A stretch of DNA of 64,000 bases from Parcubacteria group bacterium (GCA_041659685.1 JBAZXV010000003.1:2040-66039); one strand, 5' to 3'. Positions 26,284 through 36,343 are shown, numbered from the stretch's first letter. A program made the numbers and translations. The notes: generated by a model from the letters alone, not told the origin.

Positions 26284-27684
26284 ATGCAGAAGAAAATTTT
26301 TCTCATGCCGGTTCTCCTTGCTCTGGTGTTTTTTGCGTGCCAGAGACAAGCCAAGGCCGACACCTGGACGCAGAAATATCTGGTGGACGAAGCAACCTCG
26401 AAAAGCCTTTACGCCACAGACGGGGCTCAGGACTCAAGCGGAAACAAATGGTTCACGACCGGTTCTCTGACGGGAGATCCAAATAACAATAGATTATTTG
26501 AATACACCGCGGGCGGAACTTGGGTCGATCACACCGACACAGTCAACAATCTCATACCGCATCCGACCGAAAAAGCGAAAAGTATTGTGTATGGAGACAA
26601 ATCAGGCAATGTTTGGCTTTTGGGAGGGGCAAGTTTGCTGGAATACGACGGATCCAATTGGAGCCGAATTTCGGACACGGGGCTTTCTCAACAGTTATAT
26701 GGTGACAACAAAGGCGGATTCTTTTTCAATATTTTCGGCGATGCCAGCGGAAACCTTTATGCCATTGCGCAATTCACAGGCAATAAAGCAGTTATTAAAA
26801 GGGATGCGAATGGGACTTGGTCAAAAGTATTCACGGGAGGTCTCATATTCGAAGATACGAGCAGCATAGGATCTCTAAGAGGAGGCTATAACGAAATAAC
26901 CGAAGATTTTTGGTTTATTCCGTCTAATTCTTCCTCCAACAGCCTTTCCGGAGTTTACCGCTATTCCGACGGGGACTGGACGCATTACACGACCGCCGAC
27001 GGCCTCGCGGATAATTCGCCCAACTCTTTTTTGGTAGGGGCAAACGGAAACGTGTGGGTGATTTTTGACAATACCCTAATCGATACGAGCACTAAAGGAA
27101 TTTCGAAATTCGACGGCTCTTCCTGGACGACCATCAATCCGTCAAACAGCGGATTGGCCACCGGCATTGGTAAACAAATGTCAGAAGACAATGAGGGAAG
27201 AATTTGGTTTACCAGCATCAAGGGAGATTACGACGGCGGAGTTGTTTCCGTTTTCAACCCTTCTTCCGGAAGCTGGATGTATTATTCGGCCAGAAACGGC
27301 CTCGACGGTTTCAAAAGCATCGGCCGGGTCTTCTTTTTGGGAAAGGACACCTGGACGGCGGCAGGTAATGGAGTGGACGGGTTCTATATCATCGAAGACA
27401 ATACCCTTTACGCGACTCTCTATGGCCAAGTCGGCGGCGCGACAGTTGAGGAGGCCAGTCTTGGGGCTCTCAAGAAAGCCAAATCCAAAAAAGTCACCAT
27501 CTACAAAATGACTCAGAAAAAGAATAAGAAATGGAAAGCGAAAGTTTATCGCCGAACCAAAACCTCAAGCGGGTGGTACAAATCCCTTAATCTGCCTGTC
27601 GGGAGATATAAAGTGAAAGTTCAGGGAAAGTCGACGAAAACGGTTGTCCTGACCGATGGCAACCCGTATCGGCTCAATTTCTGA
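26284..27684 (+). CDS. secreted beta-propeller protein (two-component-regulator propeller-like repeats)
   Basis: Signal peptide. Repeated SGN(K/V)W(F/L) and NGNVWVIF propeller blades. Lys-rich C-terminus. Confidence 0.7.
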   Translation: MQKKIFLMPVLLALVFFACQRQAKADTWTQKYLVDEATSKSLYATDGAQDSSGNKWFTTGSLTGDPNNNRLFEYTAGGTWVDHTDTVNNLIPHPTEKAKSIVYGDKSGNVWLLGGASLLEYDGSNWSRISDTGLSQQLYGDNKGGFFFNIFGDASGNLYAIAQFTGNKAVIKRDANGTWSKVFTGGLIFEDTSSIGSLRGGYNEITEDFWFIPSNSSSNSLSGVYRYSDGDWTHYTTADGLADNSPNSFLVGANGNVWVIFDNTLIDTSTKGISKFDGSSWTTINPSNSGLATGIGKQMSEDNEGRIWFTSIKGDYDGGVVSVFNPSSGSWMYYSARNGLDGFKSIGRVFFLGKDTWTAAGNGVDGFYIIEDNTLYATLYGQVGGATVEEASLGALKKAKSKKVTIYKMTQKKNKKWKAKVYRRTKTSSGWYKSLNLPVGRYKVKVQGKSTKTVVLTDGNPYRLNF

Positions 27685-28022
27685 TAAGGAATTGCCAGCC
27701 TTTTCGGGCATTTTTCGGTTGCAAACGGAACATCCCGATTTGTGGCAATTTGCAATCCCGCCAAAATCTTTTCCAGCGCACACAGTCCTCAAAATAAAAT
27801 ATTGGATCCGGAAAAAATTTAAGCAAACATGAAGTTACTTGAAATATTTGGAAATCGAAAAAGACAAGCTGAAGGAAACGCCTGATTTCATCTCCGAAAT
27901 CAGGGCGCATATTTATGCAGGCCAAAAACGACAAGGCGCTCAATTTTTTTTGACATGCTGCTCTGCGGCACGAATTTACAGCTGGCGCAAAAAATACTAA
28001 AAATCAATCAGGGGGATGATAA

Positions 28023-28253
28023 TTGTTAAACAAAATCATGAATAATATCGGAATGATTCTCATTATTGTCGGCTGGGCGATCCAACTCACGAGCAAGGGA
28101 AAAGAGATGAAAAGAAATTTTGTGCTGATCTACGCCGTCGGAGTCCTGCTTCTTGTGATCGACGAATATAGAAATCATCTTGTCCCACTGGGAACACTTA
28201 ACCTTATTTCTTTTTCTTTGGCCATGGCGGTCTTCCTGAAAATCAGGAAATAG
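28023..28253 (+). CDS. small hypothetical membrane protein
   Basis: 76 aa with two hydrophobic helices. Weak support. Confidence 0.35.
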   Translation: MLNKIMNNIGMILIIVGWAIQLTSKGKEMKRNFVLIYAVGVLLLVIDEYRNHLVPLGTLNLISFSLAMAVFLKIRK

Positions 28254-28411
28254 AAAAATACAAATTCAATTCTTTTCGTCGCTTTTCTCATCGGCGGATT
28301 CTTCCTCGCCAATTGGGCGAAAAGGAGAAAATGATGGTTTTGGTATTTCACACAAAAAACGCCTGATCCTGTAAAGAAAAATTATGGCAAATAATCTTGA
28401 AACCGGATACC

Positions 28412-28433
28412 GCCTTTAAGCGGTTTTTTAATT
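28412..28433 (+). terminator. small terminator hairpin (CCGCCTTTAAGCGG+T6)
   Basis: Hairpin followed by a T-run. Confidence 0.5.
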
Positions 28434-28545
28434 CCCTTTCCGGGCTTGTTTTTCGGCCCGGCGGTTTATGTAAGAAATATCATCAGGAAAAAACATAAAA
28501 AGCCATATAAAAGGCTTTTTATGTTATATTTTTAAACTTGACAAT

Positions 28546-28575
28546 TACTCAAAAAAGTGCTAAAATGCCAGGTTC
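28546..28575 (+). promoter_or_regulatory. sigma70-type promoter TTGACA-N17-TAAAAT (with upstream TGc) for 28672..29664
   Basis: Perfect -35, 17-bp spacer, near-consensus -10. Confidence 0.65.
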
Positions 28576-28671
28576 TTTCAAAAATCATAGTTGGGGCTGA
28601 AAAGAGGCTGTTCACGGCCTTTATTCTGCCCTAAACTATGCAGTTAATCCCACTTTGCGCTGGAGGATGAT

Positions 28672-29664
28672 ATGTCCGAAAAACCGAAAGTTATTGTCTA
28701 TCTCCTGAACCCGCCCTTTTCCGCCCTGGTTAAAAGAGGCAAAAAATGGTTTCCGGAATGTCTCCAAGCCGGGGTCATGGAAACAGAAACATCGTGCGGC
28801 GTCGGCATCGTTATTGAGGACGGATCGAAATTCGTAATGGGTCCCACTCTTCCTCGAAACCTTATTGCCGGCTTCCGGGCCAGCCTCATGATTTCGCGCC
28901 TCAACCGGTTTGAAGGCGCAGACATGTGGAACGCTATGGACGCCGGACAGCGGAACAACTCACCATCTTCATTTGCTCAAGCGATAATCGAAAAGATCGG
29001 GCAGAAGGCCTATGAGGAAATTATGGCCACGCCCGTTCCCGAAGAAATCATTCGAGCGATGCTCGATAATCAGAACGCAGAAGATCCGCCGGATCTCTGG
29101 CCGATCACCGATGAAGTCCGGGCCGGTACGATTCAGTGGAGGCAGGAATTCACCGACTTCGGCATCCCGCATCCTGACGAAATCGACGCCAAAAAGCGGC
29201 AGCGGGAAGAAACTTTGGCAAGATTTGAACCCTTGATTGAGTCTTACGCCGAGTACCGCCTCCGTTCTCGGAATTGTAATGTAATGGATTTTGTGGACGG
29301 CGCCCTCATCTCAGCCCTGGATTTTCTCGGGAATGCGGAGCCGTATCCGGACGAGGTGATCGTAGCTCTGGCCGGATATTTGGGCGACCTGGCTTTTCAG
29401 GATAAGGGATCGATGACACTGGCCAGCACCATGAGTCAGGATGTCAAAGATCGGACCGAGAGGGAGTCTCACCTGACGTCAGCCTTGTGGCTTGTCGCGA
29501 ATTGCCTTAAGCCCATCGAAGAAAAACCCTGGTGGATCCCTAATTTCTTTTGGACTCCGATTATGACGTATCGTTACTCCCTCGATGAAGCCATGCGGCT
29601 TCTCAAAGATCTCACCGAGGAGGTCATCAGAAACAACAAGGCCCGGCAGGCGGAAGCCGCCTGA
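28672..29664 (+). CDS. hypothetical protein
   Basis: 330-aa ORF with slightly higher GC than its neighbours. It has its own promoter and terminator. No domain recognised. Confidence 0.65.
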   Translation: MSEKPKVIVYLLNPPFSALVKRGKKWFPECLQAGVMETETSCGVGIVIEDGSKFVMGPTLPRNLIAGFRASLMISRLNRFEGADMWNAMDAGQRNNSPSSFAQAIIEKIGQKAYEEIMATPVPEEIIRAMLDNQNAEDPPDLWPITDEVRAGTIQWRQEFTDFGIPHPDEIDAKKRQREETLARFEPLIESYAEYRLRSRNCNVMDFVDGALISALDFLGNAEPYPDEVIVALAGYLGDLAFQDKGSMTLASTMSQDVKDRTERESHLTSALWLVANCLKPIEEKPWWIPNFFWTPIMTYRYSLDEAMRLLKDLTEEVIRNNKARQAEAA

Positions 29665-29756
29665 ACGCCAAGGCTTCTTGCCGGGATTAACATGGCGGCA
29701 AAAAATTGCCGATCAATTTTGCGCGGTTTGGAGGAACCGGCGCAAATTGAATATTT

Positions 29757-29815
29757 GAAGACCGCAGCTCGCGTAGAGCGACTGCGGTCTTTTCATTTCG
29801 GCCCGGCGGTTTTTG
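29757..29815 (+). terminator. rho-independent terminator (AAGACCGCAG..CTGCGGTCTT + T-run)
   Basis: Long GC-rich hairpin plus T-tract. It contains the TTCGGCCCGGCGGTTT motif also found at 28452-28467. Confidence 0.7.
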
Positions 29816-30035
29816 CGCGGGGGAATTGAAAACATAAGACTTAGAATCCGTACTATATTAAGTTACAGCTTATCTAAAAATTCCATTTCTGCTGTAAACT
29901 CCGTATTTTGGCTGCAAATTTTTCAAAAATTGTCGAAATATCACCGATATCCCTCCTCGTTTTTCAAAATTTTCGCTCGAAATCCATAATTTTCGTCACG
30001 AAAGCGAATTTTGAGATAAGCTTTAGCGATAATTT

Positions 30036-30635
30036 GTGGATAATCAGCATTTGGGCATCAAAGAAAACGAAAAATCTGATGCCGAATTGGTCGAATTGGC
30101 GAAAGCCGATCCCGAATCTTTCGGCCTTCTGATGGAGCGGTATCAGATTCCGCTTTTTCATTATATCCGCCGCCTCACTCAGCTTCCGAGAGAAGATGCC
30201 GAGGATCTGCTTCAGGAAGTCTTTATCAAGATCTACCGGAAACTGAACGAATACGACGAACTCTTGAAATTTTCCAGCTGGGCCTACCGGATCGCGCATA
30301 ATCATATTGTGGATTTTTTCCGAAAAACCGGCGCGCGCCCCAAGACCAGTTCACTGGAAGAATACGAGCTGGCGAAAATGCTGAAATCAAAAACGAATAT
30401 GGCAAAGGAGCTTGGCTCCAAAGACTGTCTGGAAAAAATAAAAATTTGTCTGGAAAAAATGCCGCTTAAATATCGAGAAATTTTAGTTCTCCGTTTCCTC
30501 GAAGAAAAGGAATACGAAGAAATTATGGATATCTTGAAAAAACCCAAGGGCACGATCGCGACTCTGATAGCCCGCGGCCGGAAAATGCTTTCGGCCAATA
30601 TGAAAAAGGAAGGTATTGATTGTCTTGAAGAATAA
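30036..30635 (+). CDS. RNA polymerase sigma-70 factor, ECF subfamily
   Basis: Region 2 (LLQEVFIKIYRKL..AW.YRIAHN) and region 4 (YREILVLRFLEEKEYEEI) signatures are present. Confidence 0.85.
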   Translation: MDNQHLGIKENEKSDAELVELAKADPESFGLLMERYQIPLFHYIRRLTQLPREDAEDLLQEVFIKIYRKLNEYDELLKFSSWAYRIAHNHIVDFFRKTGARPKTSSLEEYELAKMLKSKTNMAKELGSKDCLEKIKICLEKMPLKYREILVLRFLEEKEYEEIMDILKKPKGTIATLIARGRKMLSANMKKEGIDCLEE

Positions 30636-30639
30636 AACT

Positions 30640-31422
30640 ATGAAAAACATAATCGCGGATACAATTGAGAAAATTAAAAACGAGAATATGCGTCCCGAAC
30701 CGCGCTGGAGATACCTGGCAAAAAAATATTCAGCCTGGATGTCTTTTTTTGCAATCGCGCTCTTGGGCGCCGCCATTTTTTCGGTGGCGTATTTCCTCGT
30801 ATCGCAACTGGACTGGAGCTTACACGCCGTCGCGCGCCGCTATTCATTTTTCTATTACTTATCCCTCATTCCTTATCTTTGGATAATTCCGCTTATCAGC
30901 CTGATGTTTTTTGCATTTTTTAGCCTTCGAAAAACCGAAAACGGATACAGATACAATTTTTTGAAAATTGCCGCGGTCGTTTTGGGGAGCCTTTTTCTTT
31001 TCGGCCTTTTGCTGGTATCCTCCGGCTTTGGAGGAAAGATAAACGCGGCCGTGATGCGCGATTTTCCGGGTTATGGAAAATTGGTCGCAACGAAGGAATC
31101 TCAGTGGTCCCAACCGGAAAAAGGTTTGCTGGCGGGAACAATAAATTTTGTTTCAGGAAACTCAATTGACCTTCGGGACTTTTCCGGGAAAGACTGGAAA
31201 ATCAATATCGACGAAAAAACCATCGTACGTCCGTCAGCAAGCCTTGAATCGGGAAAAATGATAAAAGCAATCGGCCAAACTGAAAGTAATCAGGTTTTCA
31301 GAGCCAACGAAATCCGTCCCTGGCAGGGCAAGGGTCAAATGAAAAAATCCGGCGGCGCGGGAAGCGGAAATGCAAAACACCCGGAATCTCCAAAGGGAAG
31401 AGGCATGCCCGGCGGCGAGTAA
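30640..31422 (+). CDS. putative anti-sigma factor (membrane protein) co-transcribed with the ECF sigma
   Basis: Overlaps or abuts the sigma gene. It has TM helices. The role is inferred from position. Confidence 0.55.
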   Translation: MKNIIADTIEKIKNENMRPEPRWRYLAKKYSAWMSFFAIALLGAAIFSVAYFLVSQLDWSLHAVARRYSFFYYLSLIPYLWIIPLISLMFFAFFSLRKTENGYRYNFLKIAAVVLGSLFLFGLLLVSSGFGGKINAAVMRDFPGYGKLVATKESQWSQPEKGLLAGTINFVSGNSIDLRDFSGKDWKINIDEKTIVRPSASLESGKMIKAIGQTESNQVFRANEIRPWQGKGQMKKSGGAGSGNAKHPESPKGRGMPGGE

Positions 31423-31498
31423 GAAAATATTTTGAAAACAATCCGGAAAGCTTTCGTTCTATATACCAGAGCCGGCTAATAATCATTAAGGAACAACA

Positions 31499-31909
31499 AT
31501 GAACAACAAATATATCGCGCTGGGCGCGGTGGCAATCGCGGGAATTGCGGGATCTCTCGCCATCTCTCAGGCCGCCTTCGCTTATCGGGGCAACCCGGAC
31601 CAAACCGGTCCCAATTATAGCCCGGAAAGGCACGCGGAAATGCAAAAAGCATTTGAAAACAAAGATTATAACTCCTGGAAGGAGCAGATGAACGGGCGAG
31701 GAAGAGTGACTGAGATCGTCAATGAGCAAAATTTTTCCCGATTCGCTGAAATGCGCAAGCTGACGCTCGAAAAAAAATATGACGAAGCCAACAAGATTCG
31801 AGCAGAGCTTGGGCTGGGCCAGGGAAACGGCCAGGGAATGAATCAGGGACGCAATCGCGCTAATTTCGTCGACAAAGATGGAAACGGCGTCTGCGACAAT
31901 CTCCGATAA
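31499..31909 (+). CDS. small secreted hypothetical protein
   Basis: Signal peptide (AIAGIAGSLAISQAAFA) and SD AAGGAAC. A terminator follows. Confidence 0.6.
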   Translation: MNNKYIALGAVAIAGIAGSLAISQAAFAYRGNPDQTGPNYSPERHAEMQKAFENKDYNSWKEQMNGRGRVTEIVNEQNFSRFAEMRKLTLEKKYDEANKIRAELGLGQGNGQGMNQGRNRANFVDKDGNGVCDNLR

Positions 31910-31920
31910 AAAAAGAAAAG

Positions 31921-31975
31921 AGGCACCGGCTTCTTTCCCCATAGACAAAGACCGCCGAATATCGGCGGTCTTTCC
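31921..31975 (+). terminator. rho-independent terminator (AGACCGCCGAATATCGGCGGTCT + T-rich)
   Basis: Perfect hairpin. Confidence 0.7.
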
Positions 31976-32027
31976 TTTCCCCTTTCGGACTTGTTTTTTT
32001 CTGTCGGTTTTTGTGCGAAGCGGTAAC

Positions 32028-32173
32028 CCCCGTAGACGTCCGACGTCTACGAAGTAGGATCCGGAAGATAATCCTTGCCCAAGCCACCCGCTCATTAGCG
32101 GTTTTTGGGCGGGACGGAAATACTTACCGAGGTAAGTATTTGAATACGTATTTTTCCCGCGATTCAAGGTTTC
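32028..32173 (+). repeat. mosaic palindromic repeat, modules A-B-C (GTAGACGTCCGACGTCTAC; CCGCTCATTAGCGG+T5; GGAAATACTTACCGAGGTAAGTATTTGAATACGTATT)
   Basis: Modules recur at 33441, 34964, 36637 and 52259. Confidence 0.75.
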
Positions 32174-32259
32174 AAATAATTCTATTTTTCGTATATCCCC
32201 TTTGAACATCATGATTTATTAAAAGAAGGGGGCGCGCCTGATGGCCGCCCCCAGCGAAA

Positions 32260-33312
32260 CTACCCTTCCCCCAAAACATCGTCCCTGACTGCATTAATAA
32301 CGCCGCGCTTGTTTAGTTCACCCAGTGCGGGCACCCAATATTTTTCATCCGGGTCATCCCGCGCTATTTTCAGCATGCATTGCTCGATGTCTTCGCCCGC
32401 CCTTTTGCAAAGAGCGGAAAAAATGAGAAATTTTTCTTCAGGGTGATCGGCAGATCGCTTGTAGGCGCCGATCAGGTGCGAGTTGGGAGCTCGGTTTGGG
32501 CCGTCGAGCAAAAGGACGATTGCTTCGCGGCAATTTTGCTCCAGCTTCTGGTTGAGAGCCAGAAATCCTTTCCATATTACAGAAAGAAGGGTATTCATGT
32601 CCCAACGTTTAATCCCATGTTTTATGAGATTTTTCAGCGCCCCGGCTGAGACGTTTCCCCCATTGCCGTTTTTCACCTCAAACTCATACGCCTCACAAAG
32701 CGTGAGTTCAAAGCGCTCCCGATCATTTCGAATCTTGAGAGCTTTGTAGGCCGCCGACCTGGTGTCCTTGTCAGGGTGACCGAGAAGAGTGATTAATTTT
32801 TTGGTCATGTGCATACCCGACCGGCCAGCGATACCGTTTACCGCGGCGAGGCGGACATCGGGATTATCATCTTTATGAGCTTTTTGAAAAATCACTTCCC
32901 CGATCCGTTGAAAGTAAAGAATAGAATTCCGGATCGCCAGAATTTCCACAAGCCGGCGCCTGATCTCCCACCGCTTGTGATCGACGACTTCCTCCATCAT
33001 CAAGTCGGTTTCCTGGAAGTGTTCCATCACTGTCAGGATTTCCGCCAGCGCTTTGCCTTCAACCAGATTGAGATCGCCGGTTTTGTTCACAAATCCCAGC
33101 AAAAGACGCAAAACTTTCCACTGGATGAGTTGGGGTTCCAAGATATCGAGACAGGCTCCCCCGACTGCCGTGTGTCCCTTGCAGTCAACAAGAACTTCAT
33201 GGACAGCTTCGGGGGGTAAAGTTTTTGCGCTTTCCAGGAACTCCTCTTTAAAAATGAAGCCGCCCACAAAAAGCCGGAAAAACAGACGCAGATTAGCCAG
33301 GTCTTCTTTCAT
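32260..33312 (-). CDS. HEAT-repeat protein
   Basis: PBS-lyase/HEAT-like repeats (DDNPDVRLAAVNGIAG; GHPDKDTRSAAYKAL). The start at 33312 has SD GGAGG. Confidence 0.65.
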   Translation of the reverse strand: MKEDLANLRLFFRLFVGGFIFKEEFLESAKTLPPEAVHEVLVDCKGHTAVGGACLDILEPQLIQWKVLRLLLGFVNKTGDLNLVEGKALAEILTVMEHFQETDLMMEEVVDHKRWEIRRRLVEILAIRNSILYFQRIGEVIFQKAHKDDNPDVRLAAVNGIAGRSGMHMTKKLITLLGHPDKDTRSAAYKALKIRNDRERFELTLCEAYEFEVKNGNGGNVSAGALKNLIKHGIKRWDMNTLLSVIWKGFLALNQKLEQNCREAIVLLLDGPNRAPNSHLIGAYKRSADHPEEKFLIFSALCKRAGEDIEQCMLKIARDDPDEKYWVPALGELNKRGVINAVRDDVLGEG

Positions 33313-33440
33313 GGGAATCCTCCGGGGCATATTTAGTTGGGAAGCTACGCGAGCAATCCCTCCATTTCTCTGGCTTTAAGTTAGGGGAAAACCTCGCTGT
33401 TTGTCAATAAATAAGGGAAAAAATCCATTTGGATAATTCA

Positions 33441-33557
33441 TGGGAAGAAAATACTTACCTCGGCAAGTATTTGAATACGTATTTATTTCCGCGGTTCAGG
33501 GTTGATTTTTTCTAAATACATTCCTGATTGTTTCCTAACATCGAATGTTAGGAAATG
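33441..33557 (+). repeat. mosaic palindromic repeat, modules C + D' (…ATACTTACCTCGGCAAGTAT…; TTTCCTAACATCGAATGTTAGGAAA)
   Basis: Direct repeat of 34964-35030 and 32110-32173. Confidence 0.75.
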
Positions 33558-33597
33558 GCAAATTTATTTACAGAAAAAATCTTAGCGCTCAAAAAAT

Positions 33598-33640
33598 TAA
33601 AGGCCAGGGAATCTTGCTTCCCTGGCCCATTAGGCGTTGC
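33598..33640 (-). terminator. rho-independent terminator for the minus-strand operon (GCCAGGGAA..TTCCCTGGC + T-run on the - strand)
   Basis: Perfect 9-bp stem. Confidence 0.65.
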
Positions 33641-33650
33641 TCCAATTGGT

Positions 33651-33887
33651 TTAAGACTGCCATTCGGCGATCTTTTCCATCGCTGCCGCGGCCTCGTCCG
33701 GGCTAACCAGGAACGAAACCTGCGAGTATCCTCTCGCGCAGCTGCCATAGTCCTTATCAACCGTCAGGCCGATACTTTCAGCGAACTGGACAAACTCAGC
33801 GCGCTTTCTCCAAGTTTCGCCGGTCAGTTTGATGTCCAGCTCAACGCAATTCGGCCCCAAAACAGTATCTTTCACTTCAACTGCCAT
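33651..33887 (-). CDS. small hypothetical protein
   Basis: 78 aa. Strong SD (AAGGAGA) 7 nt upstream. A terminator lies downstream. Confidence 0.55.
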   Translation of the reverse strand: MAVEVKDTVLGPNCVELDIKLTGETWRKRAEFVQFAESIGLTVDKDYGSCARGYSQVSFLVSPDEAAAAMEKIAEWQS

Positions 33888-33928
33888 AATAGTCTCCTTG
33901 CCAATATCGTTAAAGTCTCGACCATCGG

Positions 33929-34744
33929 TTAAACCAGCTTGAGGTTGAGCTTCTGTTCAACCTGGGCCAGTTCCGCAGTAAGCGCTTCCCGCAAATCCAC
34001 TGGGACGGCAAGAAGATTCCTGCGAACGTCCGCAACTGTCCTGCCCCAGGGCTCATCGGCTTCGATCTCATTAGCCAGCTCATTCAGGTATTCCCGGATT
34101 AGGAAGTCAGAATTATACCTGGCCAGCTGACGGATATATTCAACGACGAGCGCCGCCAATTTCGGGCACCAAAGCGGATGCCTGCCTTCAACCCTCTTTG
34201 CCAGAGGTTCTCGGGGGCTGGAGAATATTGAATCTTGGATAACCATAGTCAAACGGAATACCAATTCTGTCATTTCCTCTTCGCCCCTCCGTATCCTCCC
34301 CAGAATTAACACGTCGTCGCCAATTCGTTTGCGCCAAAGATTTCCTTTGAGCACTGATCCATCAGCCAGGCGCAAATTTTTTTCTTCTCCTCTGACTCTT
34401 GAGACCAGATAATTGAACGGCACCTCAACGACCGGGTCGTGCAAGTACTTGTGGCCGTCCAGGAGAAGGGTGAGGATTTTTTCCTTGAGAAAAACACTCC
34501 CCCAAAGTTCCGCATGCACAATCGTTATCTCTGGAAGATTAAGAAAGAAACTTCCATTCGGAATACTGATCCTGCAAACCGGATAAATCCCCTCCGGCTC
34601 CCTCGGAAAATGTTTTTTTTCTTTGGAGTGAAAGGCTGTGACATCCACACTGAACTCCATTTTATTGAACCCCGACTGCGTATTGTATTGAATCGTCGGG
34701 CCATTGACCAGTATCCAGCCATTTTCCAAATTCGTCCAAGCCAT
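33929..34744 (-). CDS. hypothetical protein
   Basis: 271 aa. SD AAGGAGG. Forms an operon with 33651..33887. Confidence 0.6.
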   Translation of the reverse strand: MAWTNLENGWILVNGPTIQYNTQSGFNKMEFSVDVTAFHSKEKKHFPREPEGIYPVCRISIPNGSFFLNLPEITIVHAELWGSVFLKEKILTLLLDGHKYLHDPVVEVPFNYLVSRVRGEEKNLRLADGSVLKGNLWRKRIGDDVLILGRIRRGEEEMTELVFRLTMVIQDSIFSSPREPLAKRVEGRHPLWCPKLAALVVEYIRQLARYNSDFLIREYLNELANEIEADEPWGRTVADVRRNLLAVPVDLREALTAELAQVEQKLNLKLV

Positions 34745-34963
34745 TGTGTTCCTCCTTTACTTTGTCCCCCTGTCTGTTCATTGAACAAAACGAGGACTTC
34801 GCAAAGCTGCCTGTGATTTTACCCTCACAAGTCGGGTTTTTCCGCCCATTGCGGAACAATGTCAAAAAACAATTGCTCTCCATTGTATATATAAAAACTC
34901 GCGTTTGTCAACGGAACGGGGAAATGCCTCTCCCCGGACTTGTTCTTTCCCGGCAATTTTTTG

Positions 34964-35030
34964 TGTGGGAAGAAAATACTTACCGAGGTAAGTATTTAAA
35001 TACGTATTTATTTCCGCGGTTCGGGAATCG
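34964..35030 (+). repeat. mosaic palindromic repeat, module C
   Basis: GGGAAGAAAATACTTACCGAGGTAAGTATTTAAATACGTATTTATTTCCGCGGTTCGGG. Confidence 0.75.
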
Positions 35031-35178
35031 CTTTTCTTAAGTTTAATTCTTGCGAAATTTTTTTTAACAATTAAGATTTACTGATTGACAAAAGCGAGTC
35101 AACGTGCTTTTTTTGTTTTATCCCGCAAGTAATAACAATGATCTTTCCCAACATAAATTAAAGGAGGAGCAAGATATT

Positions 35179-36114
35179 ATGCACGCAAGAAGATGGGTCT
35201 CAATGCCGCTTTGGCAGCTTCGCCTTTCCGCCTGGCTCTTCCAGATAGAAATTCTAAGCAAAGAAATTAGGAGGAGAGCGCTTGAGGGTGAGGAATGGCT
35301 GGAACTTTATGCCCGTATCCTAAGGTATTTTTTCTTAGTTATACTGGCGCTGATCTCACGAAAATTCAGCCTGATTTCTTCGGTCTATACCTGGTTCCGC
35401 CAGAGCGACAATATCCTCGATGGAGATGTGCGACTCCGTTTGGGGGATGACCTGGAATCTTATATGGCGAGAAAAAACAGGGTGATGAAAGATCTTTTCA
35501 ACCTTAACTTTGCAAAGGCGCAGACTGAGAGAGAAGATATTCTCATTGCCTATTTTGTCCGAGAAGCGCGGCGTTTGCCCGTCTTTTCCGAACTTTGCCG
35601 GCAAGCCCGAATATTATGGCTACTGATGCAATCAGATGCCCTTCGCAGAAAGATAAGACCGATTGTGCCCCGCTCCGAATTTAATGAATTCACTTTCGAT
35701 CAAGATGTTTGCATTCTTAGCTTTTGCGTTTTGGCTCTTGACGGAAACAAGGAGCGTTTGCAATCGATTGCCAAGGTTCTTTGCGGCTTATTCAGCAGAA
35801 CCGATTGCCTCCTTGACTGCTTTGATGATATCAGAAGAGGAATCATTCAGATTCCCCGGGAGGCATTTGAGCGGCATGGATTGGATCTTGAATCCATGCA
35901 AAAATGCCTGAATGAGAAAGACTTTTTGGCGTCGCCGGGATTTCTGGAATGGCGGCGTGAGGAAGGCCGGCGCCTTCAGAATCAATGGCAGGCGGCAATG
36001 AAAGCTGTCAGGAATAACTTCGGCAATGTTTTCTCGAGTGCGATCTTGACGAAGATCATCCAGCTTGTTATATACACGCGCTTCTATCGCTCGATCCATA
36101 ATCTGCCTGTCTGA
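35179..36114 (+). CDS. hypothetical protein
   Basis: The ATG at 35179 has a strong SD (TAAAGGAGGAG). Alpha-helical. No confident domain. Confidence 0.6.
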   Translation: MHARRWVSMPLWQLRLSAWLFQIEILSKEIRRRALEGEEWLELYARILRYFFLVILALISRKFSLISSVYTWFRQSDNILDGDVRLRLGDDLESYMARKNRVMKDLFNLNFAKAQTEREDILIAYFVREARRLPVFSELCRQARILWLLMQSDALRRKIRPIVPRSEFNEFTFDQDVCILSFCVLALDGNKERLQSIAKVLCGLFSRTDCLLDCFDDIRRGIIQIPREAFERHGLDLESMQKCLNEKDFLASPGFLEWRREEGRRLQNQWQAAMKAVRNNFGNVFSSAILTKIIQLVIYTRFYRSIHNLPV

Positions 36115-36343
36115 TCCGGCCAACCTTGCGCGTGCCTTTAACCGCTGGTTTCTTCAACCACATCAAGGAGAGCCATCCTTTAAAAGGGCCAGTCCGTGCT
36201 TCGGACTGGCCTCTTTTACTTACAATGGTATTTTCCTGGGAAAAAATAATTAGATGAATAAGTGTTTTTTTCCGGACACTGTTTTTTGCGGGAGACAAAA
36301 ACTTGCGATATGTGATGAAAGCTTGAAAATTTCGGGCGACCGT

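Noticed and set aside
33525-33552. Integron attC-like site (CCTAAC…GTTAGG)
   Set aside because: The palindrome is only about 22 bp with no L/R box pair, no extrahelical bases and no integrase nearby. It fits better as one module of the mosaic repeat family.
33555-33932. + strand 125-aa ORF overlapping 33651..33887 (-)
   Set aside because: The minus-strand ORF has a strong SD (AAGGAGA, 7-nt spacing) and a downstream terminator and forms an operon with 33929..34744. The + ORF lacks an RBS.
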